A DNA stretch of 64,000 bases. It comes from a virus. Its lineage: Duplodnaviria; Caudoviricetes. A model generated the notes under the pieces. It worked only from the letters and a program-made list of their open reading frames with translations. It had not been told where the DNA came from and searched no databases. Numbering within the stretch: position 1 is the stretch's first letter; each line of letters opens with the position of its first letter. Made by a program: the position numbers and the translations under genes. The stretch spans positions 32,001 through 96,000 of the IMG/VR virus record IMGVR_UViG_3300032335_000777; one strand, given 5' to 3'. Below are positions 55,010 through 61,741 of the stretch, one piece after another.

Positions 55010-55144
55010 CGCTCCTTTGCCAATACACAGCGTAGCGAGAAATCGCTGCGCTCATCCTCGTGTATAGAAGAACACTCTAATGCATCATCTAGCAAATAGA
55101 TGACACATGTATATGTGGTGTGAAGATGTGTTCTTTATATACAC
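54992..55144 (+). ncRNA. Cluster of three stable RNA hairpin/multibranch elements
   Basis: TTGGCA..GGAGC-AATAAC-GCTCC..TGCCAA; AGCGTAGCGA-GAAA-TCGCTGCGCT; long stem 55060-75/55128-44 enclosing two hairpins. Confidence 0.5.
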
Positions 55145-55370
55145 TAAGTAAAATGCAATGGTTTTATGGTAATGTACAATTTAATAAAGTTTTACGCGGG
55201 AAAACTAAAACTTCATGTTGTACTTTATCAAGAATTAGTTGTGAGTAAGGGAGTAGGAGTGACACCACACACGTAATAAACACATGTTTTCGTAAGTGTT
55301 GATTTCTGTATTCACTATTTTATATAGCATTAACCACATAAAATGGCTGTACACAGCTAAACTAATAGTC

Positions 55371-55508
55371 ATGAGAAAGTATTCAATGATAGAAGTGTAT
55401 TCAGATCTATATAAATGTTCTGATTTCATTCTTGAGCAAGTTATTGCATGCAATGAAGATGTGTTTAGCCTAGCAGCTAAGAGAGTTTTGTTAATTAGAA
55501 GCCTATAA
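55371..55508 (+). CDS. Small hypothetical early protein (45 aa)
   Basis: ATG 55371 inside a track ORF; its stop abuts the next ATG. Confidence 0.45.
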   Translation: MRKYSMIEVYSDLYKCSDFILEQVIACNEDVFSLAAKRVLLIRSL

Positions 55509-55509
55509 T

Positions 55510-55692
55510 ATGGAAAAGTCATTAGATGAATTGGTATATGCACTCTCTTTTGAGTGTAAAGAAGCTGTCTATTCTAACATAGAACATAAAGAGTTTATTA
55601 GACAGATGGCAAAGAAGCTTGAGGAATTAGCTAGACAAATTAGTATTGAACATTATATTGCTATGCAAGAATCTTCTTACAATGGACAATAA
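55510..55692 (+). CDS. Small hypothetical early protein (60 aa)
   Basis: ATG start, followed by a terminator. Confidence 0.55.
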   Translation: MEKSLDELVYALSFECKEAVYSNIEHKEFIRQMAKKLEELARQISIEHYIAMQESSYNGQ

Positions 55693-55718
55693 GAGCCTGT
55701 AATAGGGCTCTTTTGTTT
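55691..55718 (+). terminator. Intrinsic terminator
   Basis: AAGAGCCT-GTAATA-GGGCTCTT followed by TTGTTT. Confidence 0.65.
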
Positions 55719-55873
55719 AAATGCGTCATAACCTGTTTCCCAAGGACAGGCAGTTGTAGTTGGTTATGTCCTTACTAGTTAGGATATAATCTGTAGACCT
55801 ACTGTCACATAGATGACAGCATGTATAACATCGCCAAAGATGTGGGGCTACAACTGAACGCAGAGGGATATAT
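55713..55873 (+). ncRNA. Twister-like self-cleaving ribozyme candidate with a large multibranch P5 insertion
   Basis: AA-TGCG(T); CCTGT-TTCCCAAGG-ACAGG; 10-bp stem CAGTTGTAGT/GCTACAACTG; (A)CGCA-GA-GGGA. Loop TCCC can pair with GGGA. P1 is weak. Confidence 0.5.
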
Positions 55874-55901
55874 CATTGAAATATTAAACACACAAATAAA
55901 C

Positions 55902-56138
55902 ATGGACAATATTCATTACGATAATCAAAGGATATATTGTGAGAACAATAAGGTTCCTTTCTTCGCTTCTTCATCTTGTGACCATATGTATGGTTGGGTT
56001 AATGATGAAAGATATGGCAACACCCAGACATTAACAGAAATGTTAATTGAAAGATATGGGGATGAACAAGCATTTATTATAGCATCTTCTTCACATATTA
56101 CATCTTGTCCTGGATGTTGCAGAAGTTGGTGTGATTAA
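55902..56138 (+). CDS. Hypothetical early protein with C-terminal Cys cluster (probable start at ATG 55902)
   Basis: A/C-rich leader. YCENNKVPFFASSSC...HITSCPGCCRSWCD. Confidence 0.65.
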   Translation: MDNIHYDNQRIYCENNKVPFFASSSCDHMYGWVNDERYGNTQTLTEMLIERYGDEQAFIIASSSHITSCPGCCRSWCD

Positions 56139-56143
56139 GATTT

Positions 56144-56258
56144 ATTGTATGTGGCCACGTAGTGCCTTAATCCATCCGTGATGCATGTGTAAACATGTAG
56201 GATGGACATACAATTTCATTTGGAGGGTCAGATGCTCCCAAGCAGGTGCAAGGCCTGC
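56144..56258 (+). ncRNA. Structured intergenic RNA element (three-way junction plus T-loop-like hairpin)
   Basis: ATTGTATGT/ACATACAAT; CCATCC/GGATGG; TGCATGT-GTAA-ACATGTA (GNRA loop); GCAGG-TGCAAGG-CCTGC. Confidence 0.45.
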
Positions 56259-56292
56259 ATTTATTTATTCATTCATTTAAACGCACAACATT

Positions 56293-56415
56293 ATGATTAC
56301 AGTATGTGTAATGCCCAATTTCAAGGGCACAAGAACAGAGACATTGCAAGCATTTGTTGTATGTGTCCTAATTGACAGTATGTATTGTTTTCCATTTATC
56401 TATCACTATTTATGA
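56293..56415 (+). CDS. 40-aa hydrophobic microprotein
   Basis: AAACGCAC leader; MITVCVMPNFKGTRTETLQAFVVCVLIDSMYCFPFIYHYL; ATGA overlap with the next gene. Confidence 0.5.
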   Translation: MITVCVMPNFKGTRTETLQAFVVCVLIDSMYCFPFIYHYL

Positions 56416-56699
56416 GAACGTTTAAAGATTTATTATTCAATACAGTGGACGATCGTAGTAATTGGATTCGTGCATTTATGAAGTTTGACAATGGATATGG
56501 TGTATCTGTTGTTCAGGGTCCTTTCAGTTATGGAGGTAAAGTAGGATTGTATGAACTTGCTGTCTTAGATGCTGATGGTGATGTATGTTATGACACACCC
56601 ATCACTGATAATGTAATAGGCTTTCTTAAGCCTGAAGATGTCACTAAGCACATGATTGATATTCAAGAATTACCAAATTTAAACACACAAACCAAATGA
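56412..56699 (+). CDS. Conserved phage hypothetical protein
   Basis: KFDNGYGVSVVQGPFSYGGKVGLYELAVL...YDTPITDNVIGFL motif. Start at ATG 56412. Confidence 0.7.
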   Translation: MRTFKDLLFNTVDDRSNWIRAFMKFDNGYGVSVVQGPFSYGGKVGLYELAVLDADGDVCYDTPITDNVIGFLKPEDVTKHMIDIQELPNLNTQTK

Positions 56700-56992
56700 A
56701 CACATTAAAATTAGTTAGAGGAATAGCGTTCAGCACTGCTATCCTCGCAGCAGTAGGAATGATTTTTATAATGATTTATGGACTCCAGGTGGGTCTTAAT
56801 GATTATAATCTTCTTGGTTCTCTTGCAATCTTCTGCATATCATCATTGTATGCTATTGCAGTTGATGCAGAGATTAGAAGAAGAAACGCTGAATCAGAAG
56901 CGATGAAGAAAGTTCATCAAACAACCATCAAACAGTGTATCTGGATGATGGTATTTCTGTTAGGTATGTCAACTCTTTGTCTGTTTCTATGA
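56696..56992 (+). CDS. Small membrane protein (98 aa, about 3 hydrophobic segments)
   Basis: Hydrophobic helices; ATGA-coupled on both sides. Confidence 0.65.
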   Translation: MNTLKLVRGIAFSTAILAAVGMIFIMIYGLQVGLNDYNLLGSLAIFCISSLYAIAVDAEIRRRNAESEAMKKVHQTTIKQCIWMMVFLLGMSTLCLFL

Positions 56993-57204
56993 AATGGGCA
57001 AGGAGTTGTTCTATTACAGGTGAGGGGATGAATCAAGGATGGGTTGGAGATGATGGATGTGTGTATTTCAAATATGAAAAAGATGCACGCAAATGGTGTG
57101 TAAGCAGGGGATATAGAGATATAGACGATGCTTATGCTGATGATGTAATTTATTACACAGAATGGGAAGAGTTTGAACAAGACGCTGAAGATTATGATAA
57201 TTGA
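56989..57204 (+). CDS. Conserved phage hypothetical protein
   Basis: MKWARSCSITGEGMNQGW...YYTEWE; ATGA overlap. Confidence 0.65.
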   Translation: MKWARSCSITGEGMNQGWVGDDGCVYFKYEKDARKWCVSRGYRDIDDAYADDVIYYTEWEEFEQDAEDYDN

Positions 57205-57403
57205 AAAACGGAGTATTATATCTGGTAAGATTTATCAGATGGAATTGGATATCACTCAACAACAGTTGAATGATTTTGTTGATGGTATATCAGGACTTGC
57301 TCAAGATGCATTTCCTCATTTATCTTGTGATGAACGTGAGTTCATTATATCTGGTATTCATCCAGTAGAATGGAGAGAGTTATTTGGTGAATTAGAAGAA
57401 TAA
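57194..57403 (+). CDS. Conserved phage hypothetical protein
   Basis: MIIEKRSIISGK...AQDAFPHLSCDEREFIISGI. Confidence 0.65.
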   Translation: MIIEKRSIISGKIYQMELDITQQQLNDFVDGISGLAQDAFPHLSCDEREFIISGIHPVEWRELFGELEE

Positions 57404-57411
57404 AAACGCAC

Positions 57412-57540
57412 ATGAAAAAAATTGACAAAAAAGAGCTTAGTAGAGCCATCGTGTTCTACAGCTTGTTAGCAGCTTTATCCATCACACTCATTATGTGGTG
57501 GATTAATTTTATTAAGTATTTTCCAGAAATTATATTTTAA
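57412..57540 (+). CDS. 42-aa single-TM microprotein
   Basis: AAAACGCAC-ATG leader; MKKIDKKELSRAIVFYSLLAALSITLIMWWINFIKYFPEIIF. Confidence 0.55.
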   Translation: MKKIDKKELSRAIVFYSLLAALSITLIMWWINFIKYFPEIIF

Positions 57541-57542
57541 AA

Positions 57543-57923
57543 ATGAAAACGCACAAATTTTACAAAGAAGATGGTATATGGTATATAGATCTTCCAGAGT
57601 TTCTTGAGTTGGGCCTTGGTACAAAGGCTAACTTGATGATGGTTGGAGGATCTGATACATATTTAGACAGATTATCAAATTACACTACAGAGGTGACTGT
57701 GTCATTCTCAAATGTGGATTTTAATGGGTCAACAGATACATTAAAAAGAACGAAGTTAGGATATGATGATATATATCTAAACTCAGTGGGTCACGCACAG
57801 GTTGATGGTGGTGCATATTACCAATCAACTGTTGATGACCATGATTTATGGCTTTGTCCTGTTACAAAATATGTATTTCAAGCAAACTATCCTGAATACA
57901 TCTTCATAAAGAAAGAACAATAA
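57543..57923 (+). CDS. DUF6717-like protein (126 aa)
   Basis: WYIDLPE...LMMVGGSDTYLD...WLCPVTKYVF..YPEYIF. Confidence 0.6.
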   Translation: MKTHKFYKEDGIWYIDLPEFLELGLGTKANLMMVGGSDTYLDRLSNYTTEVTVSFSNVDFNGSTDTLKRTKLGYDDIYLNSVGHAQVDGGAYYQSTVDDHDLWLCPVTKYVFQANYPEYIFIKKEQ

Positions 57924-58027
57924 TATTGATTATTGTGCGCCTGCTGAGCATCAGAATAAACTGCTCAATTATATAGCATTAAGTAAAAATCAAAGCAAAT
58001 AAACAAACAATTAAAGCAAAAACGCAC

Positions 58028-58303
58028 ATGAAAGCACACACAACAATTGCAGATGTGTTGATGGACATCAATACGCCTGAAGCAGTAAAGAAGTTCGTTG
58101 TGATTACAGATCACGAGAACACATTTTACTTTTCCTATCCTGGAGAAGATGAATTCAATCCTCTAAAAGGGAATGTTTTTCTTACACGCACATTTATTCC
58201 TTTCGCAATCAGTGTGCATCAAGAAGTGGGATCTCATTTTGTTTACAAATGGGATACAATGAATGAAGTTGTTAATCATTTTGATTTACTCTTTAACTCT
58301 TGA
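58028..58303 (+). CDS. Hypothetical protein (91 aa)
   Basis: AAAACGCAC-ATG leader. Confidence 0.6.
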   Translation: MKAHTTIADVLMDINTPEAVKKFVVITDHENTFYFSYPGEDEFNPLKGNVFLTRTFIPFAISVHQEVGSHFVYKWDTMNEVVNHFDLLFNS

Positions 58304-58572
58304 TGGCCATGAAAGTAAAGAATAAAGAACAGCTCGATAACTTAATCATTACAATGGTTAAGCTTTATCCCACAAATTTACAATACGCATTCAAGCGTGT
58401 GAGTGATGTCACTGGGATTAAACCATTAGTTGTAACAAACAGATGGTATAGTAATATTAGACATCGTAGTGAGGTGATTTACAAGGTAGTCACTGATGAA
58501 GTGGAGATTAGAAACACTAAGACTACTAGATCAGATTTAATTGAAATGCTCATCAATAAATTTAGGATATGA
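58303..58572 (+). CDS. Hypothetical, possible HTH/Myb-like DNA-binding protein
   Basis: YPTNLQYAFKRVSDVTGIKPLVVTNRWY. Confidence 0.5.
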   Translation: MAMKVKNKEQLDNLIITMVKLYPTNLQYAFKRVSDVTGIKPLVVTNRWYSNIRHRSEVIYKVVTDEVEIRNTKTTRSDLIEMLINKFRI

Positions 58573-58823
58573 AACCTCAACTGAAAGAACATATGAAAAA
58601 TATGACAAGTTTTATTGCAATGATCCTAGCGTTTTACATATTTGTGTATTACATGATTACGCTAGTATTGATAATAACGTGTAGAACATTGGAATTACAC
58701 CCATCTTTGGGATTTCTAGCTCATGTAATAGCTTCGTTGACGATTCTATTAACAATATACATGTATGAGCCACGTAAAAACAAAGACGATAAAACTCACA
58801 GAGGAGGAGATCGAGAACTTTAG
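58569..58823 (+). CDS. Two-TM membrane protein (84 aa)
   Basis: Two hydrophobic segments and a charged tail. Confidence 0.55.
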   Translation: MKPQLKEHMKNMTSFIAMILAFYIFVYYMITLVLIITCRTLELHPSLGFLAHVIASLTILLTIYMYEPRKNKDDKTHRGGDREL

Positions 58824-58932
58824 AGCAATTGCTGACAAGTTCAATGTCAAATTTCATGTTAAACAAATTAAAGACAATTATCATGTTACAGCCCCAGAGG
58901 ATAAACTAATCCAATGGGGCTATTACGAATAG
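58765..58932 (+). CDS. 55-aa hypothetical protein
   Basis: MSHVKTKTIKLTEEEIENFRAIADKF...WGYYE; fills the gap between genes and is below the track cut-off. Confidence 0.5.
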   Translation: MSHVKTKTIKLTEEEIENFRAIADKFNVKFHVKQIKDNYHVTAPEDKLIQWGYYE

Positions 58933-58936
58933 AATT

Positions 58937-59080
58937 ATGAGCGCATTCACAGAGGAAGAAGTAGACACTCTCATAGAATTGTGGCGAGATAGGCTTACAA
59001 TTAAAGAGATGGCTTGGAAAATGAAGAAAAAGCCTACACAAGTGTATTATCAGCTCAAGAAGCGTTCATTAGTAGGATAG
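58937..59080 (+). CDS. 47-aa helix-turn-helix microprotein
   Basis: MSAFTEEEVDTLIELWRDRLTIKEMAWKMKKKPTQVYYQLKKR matches a Myb/GcrA-N-like HTH pattern. Confidence 0.6.
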   Translation: MSAFTEEEVDTLIELWRDRLTIKEMAWKMKKKPTQVYYQLKKRSLVG

Positions 59081-59130
59081 TAAATGGGTTTGATGTTAAA
59101 CTGAGTCGCCAGTGCTTTCCAGTGGCAAAT

Positions 59131-59234
59131 AGTCAGGTGGTGGAATGAAGACACACATTGGAACTGCTTGTAAAAGTAATGGCACATTGAGATAACCTTA
59201 GATGTGCGTACAGGTTCGAATCCTGTCCTGACTA
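59131..59234 (+). tRNA. Atypical tRNA-like gene (class II-like body, non-canonical anticodon arm; identity unresolved)
   Basis: Acceptor AGTCAGG/CCTGACT-A; T arm ACAGG-TTCGAAT-CCTGT; D region TGGTGGAATGAAGACAC; long variable arm GCACAT...ATGTGC. Confidence 0.6.
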
Positions 59235-59253
59235 CACACTAAAAACAAAACAC

Positions 59254-59415
59254 ATGGAACTACTAATTAGCATATTGATTATCACCAGCATTTCTACATT
59301 CATTGCTGTATTTTGGATGAAAGGCATAAATTACATGCATGAGAATCATCCTGATTACAAAGGAGAAGATTTGTTTGATGAAGATTTGAATAAAAATAAA
59401 CAAACGTACACATGA
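59254..59415 (+). CDS. 53-aa single-TM protein
   Basis: Hydrophobic N-terminus then GINYMHENHPDYKGEDLF; ATGA-coupled to the next gene. Confidence 0.6.
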   Translation: MELLISILIITSISTFIAVFWMKGINYMHENHPDYKGEDLFDEDLNKNKQTYT

Positions 59416-59621
59416 AACAGACAGCAGTAGATTATTTATTTGAAAAGCTATGGGGAATCCATAAGGATAAATTCACATGGCAAATGATTTTGAAAGAAGC
59501 CAAAAAAAAACATAAAAAAGAAATCATCGATACTTTCAAGGCGGGTGCTTTTTATCCTGGTCATGAACTAGAAGCAGAACAATATTATTTTGAAAAATAC
59601 GAAAACGAAATAATCAAATGA
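59412..59621 (+). CDS. MKQTAV-family small protein, paralogue 1
   Basis: MKQTAVDYL...AKKKHKKEII...AEQYY. Confidence 0.65.
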   Translation: MKQTAVDYLFEKLWGIHKDKFTWQMILKEAKKKHKKEIIDTFKAGAFYPGHELEAEQYYFEKYENEIIK

Positions 59622-59827
59622 AACAGACAGCAGTAGAATTGCTATTCAATGAAATTGATATGCAATATCCTGAAATTAATTTAAGGTCAAAAGAATGGCT
59701 TTTTGAAAAAGCCAAAGAGATGGAGAAGCAGCAGATAATTAAAGCATGGCTGGCAACAGATTATCCATTACAAAGAATATGGGCAGCTGAACAATACTAC
59801 AAAGAAACCTACGGAGAAGATGCCTGA
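59618..59827 (+). CDS. MKQTAV-family small protein, paralogue 2
   Basis: MKQTAVELL...AKEMEKQQII...AEQYYKETY. Confidence 0.65.
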   Translation: MKQTAVELLFNEIDMQYPEINLRSKEWLFEKAKEMEKQQIIKAWLATDYPLQRIWAAEQYYKETYGEDA

Positions 59828-60020
59828 CATTACAATGTGCAAAGGGACAAACTGTCCCCAGAAAGAAAATTGTTATCGCCACACCGCTAAGCCTAGCGAG
59901 TTTTGGCAATCTTGGTTTATGGAACCGCCTATTGAGGATGGTAAATGTGATTACTATTGGGGAGAGAATGCAAAGAATATCTGGAATCAACTCAAGGATA
60001 TTGTAAAAGGAAAAGAATAA
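59820..60020 (+). CDS. Cys-rich small phage protein (66 aa)
   Basis: DITMCKGTNCPQKENCYRH...QSWF...CDYYW. Confidence 0.65.
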   Translation: MPDITMCKGTNCPQKENCYRHTAKPSEFWQSWFMEPPIEDGKCDYYWGENAKNIWNQLKDIVKGKE

Positions 60021-60060
60021 TTGTCCAGTTTTAATCACTGGACATTTTTATTTTAGCACT

Positions 60061-60285
60061 ATGGAAGTCTATTTAGGAAAACAAGCGAAGAGCCTATTCT
60101 ATGGCAGAGACATTCCCATTGATTCAATAGGAGTGTTTCAGTCACATGTAGGAGAATGGTTGTATTGGTTCAACGATGGTTGGACGTATGATACAGGGTT
60201 TGCTGACACAGAAGTGGAGGCAATGGAAACAGCGAAAAGAAATTTTAAAGCACGTAAAAAATCAAATGATGAAGAAATTATTTAA
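60061..60285 (+). CDS. Hypothetical protein (74 aa)
   Basis: ATG ORF in the early gene array. Confidence 0.55.
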   Translation: MEVYLGKQAKSLFYGRDIPIDSIGVFQSHVGEWLYWFNDGWTYDTGFADTEVEAMETAKRNFKARKKSNDEEII

Positions 60286-60427
60286 AACACGAGAAATTCA
60301 AAAACCAGGAGATTTAGCACCAAGAGGTGTTAAAAGCACAATTAAAGGAACCTATGAGTTCAATGAAGTATTTGATCACATATTCACTGAATCAAGAAAA
60401 CCAGATCCATCATGGAAAAACAACTAA
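60266..60427 (+). CDS. Hypothetical protein (about 53 aa)
   Basis: Probable start at ATG 60266, overlapping the previous gene. Confidence 0.45.
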   Translation: MMKKLFKTREIQKPGDLAPRGVKSTIKGTYEFNEVFDHIFTESRKPDPSWKNN

Positions 60428-60654
60428 ACACCTACAAGCATTGGGCAAATGTACATCTAGACAAAGACAATGCAGAAAAATTCTTTGCTAATATGGCAAA
60501 TCAAGAAGTATTAATAGATCCTTCAATGGTGGAGGTATTGGAAAATGAATTTCTTTATTCTGCATTTGTTTGGGAAAAATCAAACGAAGGTCATGTACAT
60601 TGGATGGATATTCAAGATAAACTAGACAAAGATAATGGGTGGGTCGTTATTTGA
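60412..60654 (+). CDS. Hypothetical protein (80 aa)
   Basis: LYSAFVWEKSNEGHVHW motif. Confidence 0.6.
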   Translation: MEKQLNTYKHWANVHLDKDNAEKFFANMANQEVLIDPSMVEVLENEFLYSAFVWEKSNEGHVHWMDIQDKLDKDNGWVVI

Positions 60655-60655
60655 T

Positions 60656-61153
60656 ATGAGACATCTCATGTGGCTAGAGGTTAACTTAAAGGTTAACTTC
60701 TACCAACCTGAGAAACTTGAGAAGGGTATGATCTTTATGAATAGTTTATATCCAGGAACAGACAAAGAGTTTGTTGAGCTATGGTTGCTTGAAGAAGACA
60801 TCATTGAAGAAGAATATGACAACTTTGTCAACAAGAATGGTTTTCCTGTTGAGATGATGCTCACACTAGAAATGGATAATCCTGATGAAGCTGATTTAAT
60901 TGTGGCATATCCGCCAGAAATAGGATGGATTCATCAAGATGATGACTCAATTAGAGAGTTTGATGTTGATGATGCTAATTGGATTATTCAGAAAAACTAT
61001 GGAAAGGTGAGTCTTCTCATTGATGAGCAAGCCTATGATCAAGATGGTACAATTTATACAATTACAGAAGATCAAGAAGTGATCATGAAATATCAATTCA
61101 TAGATGATTTGTATGATGATGATCATGATTGGGATGAATACTTGCAAGACTAA
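60656..61153 (+). CDS. Highly acidic hypothetical protein
   Basis: D/E-rich throughout. Probable start at ATG 60656 or 60668. Confidence 0.65.
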   Translation: MRHLMWLEVNLKVNFYQPEKLEKGMIFMNSLYPGTDKEFVELWLLEEDIIEEEYDNFVNKNGFPVEMMLTLEMDNPDEADLIVAYPPEIGWIHQDDDSIREFDVDDANWIIQKNYGKVSLLIDEQAYDQDGTIYTITEDQEVIMKYQFIDDLYDDDHDWDEYLQD

Positions 61154-61186
61154 CTAAAATTGTGTATTTTACTAACGACAAAGGTT

Positions 61187-61495
61187 ATGCCAATAAGTAG
61201 TGGAAATAGACAAACTATGACTATCAAACGTGTACCAAAAGAAGTTTATTGGATAACGTTTGTTCTTCTAGATGAAAGGCAATTAAGCTTTATGGTATCT
61301 AAGACAAGAAAGATTGAAGGAAAAAAGAAAACAAAAGTTTACTTTATCCCTAGATCAATTGTATTAGATTATGAAAAAAGGGAACAGAGTAAAAATTTTC
61401 CTGATGGTTCAGGTGAAAAATGGTACTCAATTCCAAAAATTGATTTAAAATTACCAAAATGGTATTGTGAAAAAGAGTTAGGATTTTATAAATAA
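61187..61495 (+). CDS. Basic hypothetical protein
   Basis: YFIPRSIV...LPKWY; AT-rich. Confidence 0.5.
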   Translation: MPISSGNRQTMTIKRVPKEVYWITFVLLDERQLSFMVSKTRKIEGKKKTKVYFIPRSIVLDYEKREQSKNFPDGSGEKWYSIPKIDLKLPKWYCEKELGFYK

Positions 61496-61501
61496 ATAAT
61501 A

Positions 61502-61711
61502 ATGGAATTAAAAAGTTTGAATTCTGTACTAATTGAATATGCATACTATTTAAAGGATGACATAATTGATAATGATAAGTCTATCAGTGATTTAAAACCT
61601 GAAGATAGTGTCAAGATGTTTTTGAATAACTGGAAGAAAAGAATGGAAGAAAAAATACAGAAAGAACTTGAAGCTGATAAAAAAATAAAAGAAAAAATAA
61701 CTAAATCGTAA
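61502..61711 (+). CDS. Hypothetical protein (69 aa)
   Basis: ATG ORF, Lys/Glu-rich. Confidence 0.5.
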   Translation: MELKSLNSVLIEYAYYLKDDIIDNDKSISDLKPEDSVKMFLNNWKKRMEEKIQKELEADKKIKEKITKS

Positions 61712-61741
61712 AACCAATAGTAATGGTGTATAATCAAACAT

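Noticed and set aside
54898-55543. Minus-strand ORFs 54898-55095 and 55235-55543
   Set aside because: They oppose the local plus-strand polarity, overlap genes or structured RNA, and have no recognisable features.
56242-56258. Twister-sister or pistol ribozyme suggested by GGTGCAAGG
   Set aside because: Only the hairpin loop resembles them. The remaining stems and the cleavage-site loop could not be built.
57941-57970. Hammerhead ribozyme (CTGCTGA resembles CUGAnGA)
   Set aside because: No GAAA core and no stems I or III.
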